A stretch of DNA of 64,000 nucleotides from Candidatus Moraniibacteriota bacterium (lineage in GTDB: Bacteria; Patescibacteriota; Minisyncoccia; Moranbacterales; UBA11712), in the NCBI GenBank assembly GCA_028695025.1, contig JAQVJV010000001.1, forward strand, positions 21,201 through 85,200, given 5' to 3'. Shown piece after piece: positions 41,872 through 51,143 of this stretch (position 1 is the stretch's first letter; every line of letters starts with the position of its first letter). Made by a program: the position numbers and the translations under genes. The notes under the pieces were generated by a model. That model was not told the DNA's origin, ran no database searches, and was given only the letters and a program-made list of their open reading frames with translations.

Positions 41872-43002
41872 ATGAAAATTGCTATTGATATTCGGCTGAT
41901 TGGAAAAAAAAGAACCGGCGACGAGGTGGTGTTTTTCAATTTGGTGAAAAATCTGGCAAAAATCGACCATGCCAACGAATATTTCCTCTTCACCGACCGC
42001 GACCTCCAAAAAGATCCGGATCTGGCCGCCGAAATCGCCAAACTGGAGCTTGGCCGGAATTTCCGCGTGGTTTTCATCAACACTCCCAACCGTTTTTGGT
42101 GGAACCTGTGGGCCTTGCCGAGATACCTCCAAAAAAATCCGGTGGACGTTTTTCATACGCAGTACATTGCACCGTTTTGGTTGCCACGAAAGATAAAGTT
42201 GGTTCTCACAATCCATGACATTTCTTTCAATTTTTTCCCGCAATTCATCAAATCGTCCGATTTATTTTTTCTGAAAAATCTTATCCCAAGAAGCATCCGG
42301 CGCGCAGACAAAATAATTACCGTCTCCGAAAGCGAGAAGCAGAATATTATTGATTATTATAAAATTCCCGAAAAAAAAGTTAAATTTACTTATAACGGCG
42401 TTGATTTTGAAAGATTTAACCGAAAAATATCGGAAGAGGAAAAAGAAAATGTCAGAAAAAAATACAGTTTGCCCCAAAAATTCTTGCTTTATATAGGCAC
42501 GATGCAACCCAGAAAAAACCTTCCTGTCGCAATTGAAGCCACAAAAGACATAGCTATAAAATTGGTCATTCCCGGAAATAGAAATGCCCATAATTTTGAC
42601 AAAAAAATCGATGAAGTCATTGGTATCAACAATCTACAGGAAAAAATAATTTTCCCCGGTTGGATCGAGGAAGAAGACAAACCAGCAATAATCCAAATGG
42701 CAAAATGTTTTGTTTTTCCCTCTCTTTATGAAGGTTTTGGCATTCCGGGAATTGAAGCTATGGCTTCAGGCACGCCGGTCGTAGCTTCAAACATTCCTGT
42801 TTTCCGCGAAATTTTTCAAGATGCGGCCCTTCTCTCGAATCCGCAAAATAGCGAAGAATTTTCCCAAAATATCAAAAAAGTTCTCGGGAATATTGAACTT
42901 AGAAATAAAATGATTGAAAAAGGGGGGGAAACCGCGCAGAATTTCACTTGGCAGAAAAATGCGGAGAAAACCAAGAAAATTTATGAAGAATTGGCAAAAT
43001 AA
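41872..43002 (+). CDS. Glycosyltransferase family 4
   Basis: MKIAIDIRLIGKKRTG at the N-terminus and C-terminal FPSLYEGFGIPGIEAMASGTPVVASNIPVFREI. Confidence 0.8.
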   Translation: MKIAIDIRLIGKKRTGDEVVFFNLVKNLAKIDHANEYFLFTDRDLQKDPDLAAEIAKLELGRNFRVVFINTPNRFWWNLWALPRYLQKNPVDVFHTQYIAPFWLPRKIKLVLTIHDISFNFFPQFIKSSDLFFLKNLIPRSIRRADKIITVSESEKQNIIDYYKIPEKKVKFTYNGVDFERFNRKISEEEKENVRKKYSLPQKFLLYIGTMQPRKNLPVAIEATKDIAIKLVIPGNRNAHNFDKKIDEVIGINNLQEKIIFPGWIEEEDKPAIIQMAKCFVFPSLYEGFGIPGIEAMASGTPVVASNIPVFREIFQDAALLSNPQNSEEFSQNIKKVLGNIELRNKMIEKGGETAQNFTWQKNAEKTKKIYEELAK

Positions 43003-43011
43003 GCAAAATTA

Positions 43012-44064
43012 TTGCAAACGGTTAAGAACCAGTTTATAATCCAATTTATGGCTTTTTTCTCAAAAAAATTCAGGTGGTTAAAAATATTTCTGGTCATTCT
43101 TTTCCTTCTTTTGGCCGGTGCGGGATGGGCGATGTATAAAACCGGAACCACTTTGAGCAAAATTTCCACCAAGGATGACCTTTTTTCCGGATTATGGAAA
43201 GCTATTCCCGGAGTCGGTTCGGATGAGGAGCTTCAAGGAAAAAACGAGGGACAGATCAATGTGCTTCTCCTTGGCATGCGCGGGGAGAATATGGAAGGCG
43301 GCGGCCTTTTGGCCGACAGCATCATCGTGGCCGCCATCAGGCCCGAAGAAAAACGGGTAGCGCTCATTTCCATCCCCCGCGACCTCTATGTCCAAGATCC
43401 GGGCACGACCAGCCAAAGCAAAATAAACGCCGTGAACGCTATCTATGAAGAAAAAGGGGAGGGAAAGGGCATGGAAATGATGAAACAGGTGGTGGGGGAA
43501 GTAACCGGCCTTCCGATCCACTACGCCGCCACGATCGATTTCAAAGGATTTAAAGAAATCGTGGACACGGCGGGCGGAGTGGATGCCTATCTCGATGAAT
43601 CCTTTTCAGAGCCCACCCAATTCGAAGGCGAGGAAGCCGCCAATTTTTCTTTGCCGGCCGGGAAAAACCATCTCGACGGGCAAAAAGCGCTTTTTTTCGT
43701 CCGGGCCCGCTATGCTTCCTCCGATTTTGAAAGGGCCAAGCGCCAACAGCAAGTCCTTCTCGCCCTCAAAGACAAAATGTTGAGCCTTGGCACCCTTTCC
43801 GATTTCGGAAAACTGAACAACATCTTGAACATCCTTGGCGACGATGTTCGGCTCGACATGGATATCAACGAAATCAAGAAATTTTATGAACTCGCGAGCG
43901 GCATGACTGACCCGAAAATCACGCAAAAAGTGTTCGACACTTCGGAAGGCGGGTACCTTTACGCTTCCAAAGCCGACACGCCCGAAGGAAAAACCTACAT
44001 TCTCTTGCCTTCCGGCGGCAATTATGACAAAATACAGGAAGCTTGCCGAAATATTTTTGAATAA
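43012..44064 (+). CDS. LytR-CpsA-Psr (LCP) family glycopolymer transferase
   Basis: An N-terminal TM helix is followed by the LCP domain (INVLLLGMRGENMEGGGLLADSIIVAAIRPEEKRVALISIPRDLYV). Confidence 0.75.
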   Translation: MQTVKNQFIIQFMAFFSKKFRWLKIFLVILFLLLAGAGWAMYKTGTTLSKISTKDDLFSGLWKAIPGVGSDEELQGKNEGQINVLLLGMRGENMEGGGLLADSIIVAAIRPEEKRVALISIPRDLYVQDPGTTSQSKINAVNAIYEEKGEGKGMEMMKQVVGEVTGLPIHYAATIDFKGFKEIVDTAGGVDAYLDESFSEPTQFEGEEAANFSLPAGKNHLDGQKALFFVRARYASSDFERAKRQQQVLLALKDKMLSLGTLSDFGKLNNILNILGDDVRLDMDINEIKKFYELASGMTDPKITQKVFDTSEGGYLYASKADTPEGKTYILLPSGGNYDKIQEACRNIFE

Positions 44065-44241
44065 AACTTGGCAAGAGCCTGCCCAGAATCTCCGTATTCT
44101 GCTGCAAATTCCAAAAATCGGCTGCAAATTTTTCAAAACTCGTCGAAATATCAACCGATATTCCTCCTCATTTTTCAAAATTTTCGCTCGATTTCTGGAA
44201 TTTTCGCGACGAAAGAGAGATTCTAGACAGGCTCTAAGTAA

Positions 44242-45075
44242 ATGAAGACCGAAACCCAAAAGCCGGAACTCTCCATCATCATCACGAGCTACAAAAACCC
44301 GGCAGTGCTTCGGCTTTGCCTTGAATCGCTCAAGAAGAACGTCCTTTGCGAAAATTACGATATTTTGGTCGTAGATAGCGCCACCGAAGAAGCCACCGAA
44401 ATAATGATGCGGGAAAATTTTCCGGAAATAGCTTTCTTTCCCCATTCAAAAAACCTGGGATTTGCCCGGCTGGCCAATGAAGGCCTCGAGAAATCAACCG
44501 GGGATTATATCCTGATCCTCAACGCCGATATTGTCATTGAAAAAAAATCCGTCGATCTCCTGATGGAGTTTCTCAAAAAAAATCCGGATGTCGGCTTGGT
44601 CGGCCCCAAACTTCTCAACTTTGACGGCAGTATCCAACCGTCCCGTTTCCGATTTTATACGCCCCTTGTGATTCTCTATCGCCGAACTCCGATAGGTAAA
44701 TTAAAATTTGCCCAAAAGAAGATACAGCGGTTTTTATATGAGGATAAAGACTTGGAAAAGCCTTTTGAAGCCGACTGGCTGATGGGTTCGGCTCTCATGG
44801 CAACCCGCAGATCTCTTGAAAAGATCGGGCTGATGGAAGAAAATTTCGGGTTCATGTATTTCGAAGATGTGGACTGGTGCCGCCGTTTCTGGGAAAGCGG
44901 GTTGAAAGTTGTGTATTATCCTCTGGTTCAAATGTACCACTATCACGGAAAAGGCTCCGCCAGCGCAGGAGTGGTCAAATCCGTGCTTTTCAACAAGTAT
45001 ACCCGCGAACATTTGAAAAGCGGCCTGAAATATTTTTGGAAATATCTGGGAAAACCAAATCCCCATAAGGAATAG
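44242..45075 (+). CDS. Glycosyltransferase family 2
   Basis: LSIIITSYKNPAVLRLCLESL, VVDSATEE (DxD-type) and GDYILILNADIV are present. Confidence 0.75.
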   Translation: MKTETQKPELSIIITSYKNPAVLRLCLESLKKNVLCENYDILVVDSATEEATEIMMRENFPEIAFFPHSKNLGFARLANEGLEKSTGDYILILNADIVIEKKSVDLLMEFLKKNPDVGLVGPKLLNFDGSIQPSRFRFYTPLVILYRRTPIGKLKFAQKKIQRFLYEDKDLEKPFEADWLMGSALMATRRSLEKIGLMEENFGFMYFEDVDWCRRFWESGLKVVYYPLVQMYHYHGKGSASAGVVKSVLFNKYTREHLKSGLKYFWKYLGKPNPHKE

Positions 45076-45081
45076 AATTTT

Positions 45082-46374
45082 ATGGATATTGAAAATATCG
45101 AAAACGTAAATCAAAACACGCCTCATATGCCGCCGAAGCCGAAGAAAAACCGGAATTATTTCAAATTTTTCGGCCTTGTTGTCGTTGTCTCTATCAGCTT
45201 TTTCGCCGGGACGCTATACAACAAACATGTCTCCGCCGATTCGGCCTCGGGAACAGCTTCCATTGAGGATATATTGGCCAAAACCCACGACAAATCCCAG
45301 CCGGAAAATGTCGATTTCACCCTTTTTTGGGAAGCCTGGAACCTTCTCAATGAAAAATATGTTGATACTTCCAAATTGGATCAGCAAAAAATGATCTACG
45401 GCGCGATTTCCGGAATGGTGAAATCATTGGGAGATCCTTTTTCCAGTTTCATGGATCCGGAAGAAAGCCAGCAATTCTCCCAAGATTTAGAAGGAACCTT
45501 TGACGGGATCGGAGTGGAAATTGGCATGAAAAATGACGTTCTGACCGTCATTTCGCCTCTTGAAGGTTCGCCCGCCGAAAAAGCCGGCCTCCAAGCCGGG
45601 GACAAAATTTTGAAAATAGGCGACAAGCTCACGACCGACCTTTCCATCGACGACGCCGTAAGCCTCATCCGCGGCCCGAAAGGGACCGAGATTGCTTTGA
45701 TGGTTCTCCACGAAAAAAGCAACGATCCGGTGGAAGTGAAGATAGTCCGAGATCAGATAAACGTAAAAAGCGTCACATTGGAATGGAAGGACGGAAAAAT
45801 TGCCGTCGTCAAAATATCCAAATTCGGCGATGATACTATTTCCGGAATGAATCAGGCGGCCAGCCAAGCGGTATCCCAGGGCGCTAAAGGAGTCATTTTG
45901 GACCTTCGCAACAATCCCGGCGGATATCTTGAAGCGGCCGTTGAAGTTTCTTCCAAATTCATTCCCGAAGGCGAAGTGGTTGTTTCTGAAGAAGAACGCG
46001 GGGGTGAAAAACAAGAATACAAGGCTCGCGGGGGAGACATCCTGGGAAACATTCCGGTGGTAGTCCTCGTAAACGGCGGAAGCGCCAGCGCTTCTGAAAT
46101 CACCGCCGGCGCCCTGCGGGATGATCTTGGCGCCCAGCTCATTGGTACAAAAACATTCGGAAAAGGTTCGGTCCAAGAGCTTGAAAAAATGACCGGGGGA
46201 TCAAATTTGCGGGTTACAATCGCCCGCTGGATGACCCCGAACGGGGATTATATCATGGAAAAGGGGATTGATCCGACCATCGAGGTTGATTTGACGGCGG
46301 ATGACTATAACAACAACAAAGATCCCCAAATGGACAAGGCGCTTCAGGAAATCAAAGCGAAAATCGGGCAATAG
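45082..46374 (+). CDS. Carboxyl-terminal processing protease (S41 family) with a PDZ domain
   Basis: An N-terminal TM helix, a PDZ domain (GSPAEKAGLQAGDKILKIGD), the S41 catalytic region (VVVLVNGGSASASEITAGAL...TFGKGSVQ), and the DLRNNPGG motif. Confidence 0.8.
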   Translation: MDIENIENVNQNTPHMPPKPKKNRNYFKFFGLVVVVSISFFAGTLYNKHVSADSASGTASIEDILAKTHDKSQPENVDFTLFWEAWNLLNEKYVDTSKLDQQKMIYGAISGMVKSLGDPFSSFMDPEESQQFSQDLEGTFDGIGVEIGMKNDVLTVISPLEGSPAEKAGLQAGDKILKIGDKLTTDLSIDDAVSLIRGPKGTEIALMVLHEKSNDPVEVKIVRDQINVKSVTLEWKDGKIAVVKISKFGDDTISGMNQAASQAVSQGAKGVILDLRNNPGGYLEAAVEVSSKFIPEGEVVVSEEERGGEKQEYKARGGDILGNIPVVVLVNGGSASASEITAGALRDDLGAQLIGTKTFGKGSVQELEKMTGGSNLRVTIARWMTPNGDYIMEKGIDPTIEVDLTADDYNNNKDPQMDKALQEIKAKIGQ

Positions 46375-46416
46375 GGATTCATCCCCTTGCCAATTTTCAT
46401 CAAATTTGTGAGGGGA

Positions 46417-46445
46417 TTTACAAATAAACTTGGGGGATTTATAAT
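46417..46445 (+). promoter_or_regulatory. Consensus sigma70 promoter (TTTACA-17-TATAAT) for rplI, implying a leaderless mRNA
   Basis: TTTACA at 46417-22 and TATAAT at 46440-45. The predicted TSS at about 46452-53 coincides with the A of the MKVILL start codon. Confidence 0.5.
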
Positions 46446-46452
46446 GAAGAAT

Positions 46453-46899
46453 ATGAAAGTAATCTTGCTAAAAGAAGTGGCAAAATTGGGCCGGGAGGGA
46501 GATATCGTGGAAGTAGCCGACGGCTACGCGCGTAATTTTTTGTTTCCGCAAAATCTGGCCAAAACAGCAACTGATCAAAATTTGAAAGAAGCTGAAGCCC
46601 AGAAAGAAAAGAAGAAGAAAAGTGATCAGGCGGAACTTGGAGAAACCCAGAAACTGGCGGAACAGCTTGAAGGCCGCGAATTGTTCGTCAAAGTGAAGGA
46701 AAAGGACGGAAAACTTTTCGGGTCTGTCAATGAAAAAACAATCTCGAAAACTTTTGCCAGTGAAGGATTGGAAATTTCCCCGGAAAGCATCGAACTCCCG
46801 GAACCTATCAAAGAAGTGGGAGACTATGATGTCAAAATCAATTTGCCGCACGGCCTGGAAGCAAACATAAAAGTCATCCTGGTTTCCGAAGAGGCATAG
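46453..46899 (+). CDS. rplI: 50S ribosomal protein L9
   Basis: [36 protein letters not shown] matches the canonical L9 N-terminus. The start is chosen at the second ATG, consistent with the promoter position. Confidence 0.85.
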   Translation: MKVILLKEVAKLGREGDIVEVADGYARNFLFPQNLAKTATDQNLKEAEAQKEKKKKSDQAELGETQKLAEQLEGRELFVKVKEKDGKLFGSVNEKTISKTFASEGLEISPESIELPEPIKEVGDYDVKINLPHGLEANIKVILVSEEA

Positions 46900-46931
46900 G
46901 AATATTTTTGAAACTTGATAATCTTGAAAAT

Positions 46932-46963
46932 AGGGGTGAATCTTTCTCACCCCTATTTTCTTT
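46932..46963 (+). terminator. Intrinsic terminator after rplI
   Basis: aggggtga-atctttc-tcacccct followed by attttcttt. Confidence 0.6.
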
Positions 46964-46973
46964 AAAAATAAAT

Positions 46974-48599
46974 ATGCGTCCAAAGTACATTTTTGTCGTC
47001 GGGGGAGTAATGAGCGGCGTGGGAAAAGGAATCGCCACCGCCTCCATCGGAAAAATCCTGCAGTCGAAAGGATTTCGAGTTTCAGCGATGAAAATCGACC
47101 CTTATCTCAACGTCGACGCCGGAACGATGAATCCGACCGAGCACGGCGAAGTTTTTGTGATGGACAGCGGGATGGAAACCGACCAGGATATGGGAAACTA
47201 CGAGCGCTTCATGGATATCACCCTCCCGAGCGAAAATTATATGACCAACGGCCTGGTCTATAAGACCATCATCGACCGGGAGCGGGCGATGGGATACGGC
47301 GGCCGTTGCGTGGACGTGGTGCCGGATGTGCCGAAGGAAATCATCCGCCGCATTGAAAAGGCCCGGAAAAAAGCCAAAGCCGAAATCATGCTTGTGGAAA
47401 TTGGCGGAACACTGGGAGAATATCAGGGCTTGTTGTTTCTCGAAGCCGGCCGGATGATGCGCCTTGCCAACAAGGGAGATGTTCTTTTCGTCCTTGTGAG
47501 TTATCTTCCCGTCCCCTCAACCGTCGGTGAAATGAAAACCAAACCGACCCAGTACGCCGTCCGCTCGCTGAACGCCGCCGGAATCCAGCCGGACATCATC
47601 ATCGCGAGAAGCGCCGTAGCTCTCGACAAAAAGCGCAAGGAAAAAATCGCCGAACATTGCAATCTGCGCGAAGAGGACGTGATCAACGCGCCGGATATTG
47701 ATTCGGTTTATGAGGCGCCCGTCAATTTTGAAAAAGACAATTTGAGCGGAATTTTGCTCGGGAAACTCGGCCTCAAGCCCAAAAAGAAAGACCTGGTGGA
47801 ATGGAAAAAAATGGTCGAGAAAATGAAAGCCGCCAAAAAGCCGGTGAAAATCGGGATTGTCGGAAAATATTTCGGAACCGGTGATTTTGTCTTGTCGGAT
47901 GCCTATATATCCGTCATCGAAGCCGTGAAACATGCCTGCTATGCCAGCGGAAGAAAGCCGGAAATCGGCTGGCTCAATTCCGAAGAATATGAAAAAAATC
48001 CAAAGAAAGTTCAGGAACTCAAAAATTTTGACGGGATCTTGGTTCCGGGCGGATTCGGAGAGCGGGGAGTGGAAGGAAAAATCAAGGCCATCGAGTTTTG
48101 CCGCGAGAACAGGATTCCCTATTTCGGGCTTTGCTACGGCATGCAACTTCTCGTCATTGAATTCGCGCGCCACGTTCTTGGCCTCAAAGACGCAAACACA
48201 ACCGAAATCAACCGCAACACCAAGCATCCGGTGATCGACATCATGCCCGAACAGAAAAAGAACCTCGAAGACAAGAACTATGGAGCCACGATGCGATTGG
48301 GGGCCTACGCGGCAAAAATTAAAAAAGGCACCATTGCTTTTGGCGCCTATAAAACCGTGGATATTTCCGAACGACACCGCCACCGCTGGGAAGTGAATCC
48401 GGAATATATTGATAAGCTCGAAAAAGCCGGACTTGTTTTTTCAGCAACCTCGCCTGAAGGACGCCTCATGGAAATCGCCGAGCTTCCGCGCGCGAAAAGC
48501 CCGTTTCATCTTGGCACTCAGTTCCATCCCGAATTCAAATCCTCACCCCTGCACCCGCATCCGTTGTTCTTGGAGTTCATCAAAAGCGCGATGAAGTAA
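46974..48599 (+). CDS. pyrG: CTP synthase
   Basis: MRPKYIFVVGGVMSGVGKGIATASIG at the N-terminus. The glutamine amidotransferase domain has GLCYGMQ (Cys nucleophile) and the HRHRWE motif. Confidence 0.9.
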   Translation: MRPKYIFVVGGVMSGVGKGIATASIGKILQSKGFRVSAMKIDPYLNVDAGTMNPTEHGEVFVMDSGMETDQDMGNYERFMDITLPSENYMTNGLVYKTIIDRERAMGYGGRCVDVVPDVPKEIIRRIEKARKKAKAEIMLVEIGGTLGEYQGLLFLEAGRMMRLANKGDVLFVLVSYLPVPSTVGEMKTKPTQYAVRSLNAAGIQPDIIIARSAVALDKKRKEKIAEHCNLREEDVINAPDIDSVYEAPVNFEKDNLSGILLGKLGLKPKKKDLVEWKKMVEKMKAAKKPVKIGIVGKYFGTGDFVLSDAYISVIEAVKHACYASGRKPEIGWLNSEEYEKNPKKVQELKNFDGILVPGGFGERGVEGKIKAIEFCRENRIPYFGLCYGMQLLVIEFARHVLGLKDANTTEINRNTKHPVIDIMPEQKKNLEDKNYGATMRLGAYAAKIKKGTIAFGAYKTVDISERHRHRWEVNPEYIDKLEKAGLVFSATSPEGRLMEIAELPRAKSPFHLGTQFHPEFKSSPLHPHPLFLEFIKSAMK

Positions 48600-48630
48600 A
48601 AGGCTTTCGGTTGAACGAAAGCCTAGAAAA
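48598..48630. terminator. Hairpin between convergent pyrG and a minus-strand hypothetical gene
   Basis: aggctttcg-gttgaa-cgaaagcct. Confidence 0.4.
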
Positions 48631-48648
48631 ATTTGTTAAGTAATTCAC

Positions 48649-48993
48649 TTATTTATTGCTGACGCGACCCCATTCCTCAGCGTTTTCTTTAGGAAATTCA
48701 CCACTCAGTTCCTTCATCAGGGACCTATAATCCCTGACTAATTGCTCGAGTTGCCGAAGTATAACCCTCTCGCTAAGATTTTTAATATCATCAATTTGCC
48801 TTCTTCCTATTTCTTCCTGTGTGATACAAGAATCCGAGTGTTCATTAAGTTTCTCAATAGATTCGTAATCTAGGTTTATGAACAAAGCAAACATACCAGA
48901 TTGCATCTTAGCGCTTAATTCAGCTAAAGATGCCGACAAGCGAGCGTATTCTGATAAAATAAATTTTTTCGAAAGTACTCTTTTTGGCTTCAC
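48649..48993 (-). CDS. Hypothetical protein (114 aa) in an AT-rich segment
   Basis: A clean ORF downstream of rpmA. Predicted helical. No motif recognised. Confidence 0.3.
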   Translation of the reverse strand: MKPKRVLSKKFILSEYARLSASLAELSAKMQSGMFALFINLDYESIEKLNEHSDSCITQEEIGRRQIDDIKNLSERVILRQLEQLVRDYRSLMKELSGEFPKENAEEWGRVSNK

Positions 48994-49025
48994 GTTTTGT
49001 CCCCCTGCAAGATATTTAAAAATAT

Positions 49026-49298
49026 TTACTCTACGCTCACAAACTTTGCTTTTTCAAGCTGGCCTGTGAACTTCCTGATTTTTTTTGCCGAAAACTTCAC
49101 AGAACCGTCCGCCACGGCAAAAAGAGTATCATCGCCGCCCTTTTCAACGTTTTTCCCCGGACGGAATTTCGTTCCGCGCTGACGAACGAGGATATTTCCG
49201 GTTTTCACGCGTTGTCCGCCGAATTTTTTGACTCCCAGCCGTTTCGATTGCGAATCGCGGCCAAGTTCTGTGGAGCCACCGGCTTTTCTATGGGCCAT
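49026..49298 (-). CDS. rpmA: 50S ribosomal protein L27
   Basis: [29 protein letters not shown]...[15 protein letters not shown] is the canonical L27. No rplU is adjacent. Confidence 0.9.
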   Translation of the reverse strand: MAHRKAGGSTELGRDSQSKRLGVKKFGGQRVKTGNILVRQRGTKFRPGKNVEKGGDDTLFAVADGSVKFSAKKIRKFTGQLEKAKFVSVE

Positions 49299-49386
49299 AA
49301 AGTTATCTAAAAGCTAAAAATGAAAATCAAAAAGCTTTTAAAGAGTTAATTTAATTACTATAAAATAATAGCTAATTCGCCCCAAA

Positions 49387-49845
49387 ATGTCAACCGACCC
49401 GGAAAAGCCAAAAAATAAAATTGTCGAATTTTGGCTTAAATATGAACAAAAAATCCTTGTTATTTTTGGAATCATCCTCATCGCCGCCATTTCCTATGAA
49501 GCCGGCTTTCTTGAGGGCCGAAAAAATCAGGAAGAGCCGGTGGTGATCAACCAAATTGCTTCTGATAATTCTGAAAACGAAAATATTCAAAAAGAAAACT
49601 CGATTCCAGCGGATGACAATAACCCCAAAACAGGCCAGACAAATAGCCAGACAACCGGATCACCGGCCGGCCAAACCACCGAAAAACAGGATTGCGCTTT
49701 CGTCGCGAGCAAAACTTCCGACAAATATCACCTTCCGACCTGCGCATGGGCGAAAAAGATAAAACCGGAAAACCGGATCTGTTTTTCCTCGAAAGAAGAG
49801 GCCGAGAGCAAAGGATATAAGCCGGCCAAATGTTGCATTAAATAA
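49387..49845 (+). CDS. Membrane-anchored protein with a C-terminal Ada-like zinc-binding domain
   Basis: A TM helix, a low-complexity linker, then YHLPTCAWAKKIKPENRICFSSKEEAESKGYKPAKCC. This resembles the Ada N-terminal metal-binding motif (Y..PSCP...P.ENV.F..S.EEA..AGFRPCKRC). Confidence 0.4.
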   Translation: MSTDPEKPKNKIVEFWLKYEQKILVIFGIILIAAISYEAGFLEGRKNQEEPVVINQIASDNSENENIQKENSIPADDNNPKTGQTNSQTTGSPAGQTTEKQDCAFVASKTSDKYHLPTCAWAKKIKPENRICFSSKEEAESKGYKPAKCCIK

Positions 49846-49965
49846 CTTTATGAAATACAAAAAAAAAACGGATTACGAAAAATAATGGCTTGTATGTTTG
49901 CCTTTGATGCACTATACTATTTTTTGGGTTTCGTATTTCGCTAATTTCACATTTCGTAAAACTAT

Positions 49966-50652
49966 ATGAAGCAAAAACTCATCGTCATTTCGCTCGGCGG
50001 GTCTCTAATTTTCCCATCCGAAGGTATTGACTGGAAATTCCTGAAAAAATTCAAAGAACTGGTTTTGGGTCTTTTGAAAAACAACTATCGCCTCATCATT
50101 GTCTCCGGCGGAGGGACAGTGGCCAGAAAATACCAGGAAGCCGTTATGAAAATCGGCATCCTTGACAATGAAGACCGCGATTGGATCGGGATCCATTCCA
50201 CCCGCCTCAATGCCCATCTTCTGCGCACCATATTCCGGAAGTACGCCCACCCGCGCATCAACAAAAATCCCCATGAACGCTTCGATTTCCGCGAGAAAAT
50301 CTTGATCGGCTCCGGCTGGCGGCCGGGATTTTCCACCGACCTCGACGCGGTTCTTCTCGCAAAGGAATACGGCGCCAAAACCGTGATAAATCTTTCCAAT
50401 ATCGACTACGTGTACACCAAAGACCCGCGCAAATTCAAAGACGCGAAAAAAATAAAAGAAATCGCTTGGCCGGACTTTCGGAAAATAGTAGGCGACCGCT
50501 GGGATCCGGGGTTGAACGCGCCTTTCGACCCAGTCGCTTCAAAAATCGCCCAGGAATCAAAAATGGAAGTAGTGATTCTCAACGGAAAAAAACTCAAAAA
50601 CTTTGAAAATTTCCTCGCTGGAAAAAAATTCCACGGGACAACAATACGGTAA
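49966..50652 (+). CDS. pyrH: Uridylate kinase (amino-acid-kinase family, short/archaeal-like type)
   Basis: KLIVISLGGSLIFP, the IIVSGGGTVAR motif, and an overall size of 228 aa. Confidence 0.65.
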   Translation: MKQKLIVISLGGSLIFPSEGIDWKFLKKFKELVLGLLKNNYRLIIVSGGGTVARKYQEAVMKIGILDNEDRDWIGIHSTRLNAHLLRTIFRKYAHPRINKNPHERFDFREKILIGSGWRPGFSTDLDAVLLAKEYGAKTVINLSNIDYVYTKDPRKFKDAKKIKEIAWPDFRKIVGDRWDPGLNAPFDPVASKIAQESKMEVVILNGKKLKNFENFLAGKKFHGTTIR

Positions 50653-50654
50653 GA

Positions 50655-51143
50655 TCACAATTCCATCTTATCCCTGGTCAGGATATGCTCTTTTTCCTTG
50701 ATTTTTCTTCGCTTTATCAAAATGTAGAGAAGGCCGAAATAAACTGCGGCTGCTGCCGAAACGGCAATAACGACATAGCCGACAAGCAGGGGAACAGCCG
50801 TTTGACTCAAAACATTCCAAGTGAAAATATATTGCCAGCCCAAAGCCGCCGTCCGGTGAAAATCATGCGAGAGGGCTTGCGGATTGACGCGGAACAACAG
50901 CCCGCCAATGGCCGCCGCCAACGGAAGTGCCACTACTGTCGTCCACATATTCACCGAAAGGACGCCGGCGAGCGCCGCCAGGCGATTAAGCCGCAAAATG
51001 TAGGCGAAAATTAAGGTAGTCAGCACGCCTTCGCCAGGCGTGACGCCCATGAAAATCCCCAGTGCCGCGCCGCCGGCCACTTTGTGGGGCGTATCGTCGA
51101 TGAGAAAAAACTGTTTGATATGATCGCGTATCCTCTTTTTCAT
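50655..51143 (-). CDS. DUF2062-like small membrane protein
   Basis: KVAGGAALGIFMGVTPGEGVLTTLIFAYIL followed by 3 TM helices, a pattern I associate with DUF2062. It overlaps the upstream nuclease gene by 4 nt. Confidence 0.4.
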   Translation of the reverse strand: MKKRIRDHIKQFFLIDDTPHKVAGGAALGIFMGVTPGEGVLTTLIFAYILRLNRLAALAGVLSVNMWTTVVALPLAAAIGGLLFRVNPQALSHDFHRTAALGWQYIFTWNVLSQTAVPLLVGYVVIAVSAAAAVYFGLLYILIKRRKIKEKEHILTRDKMEL

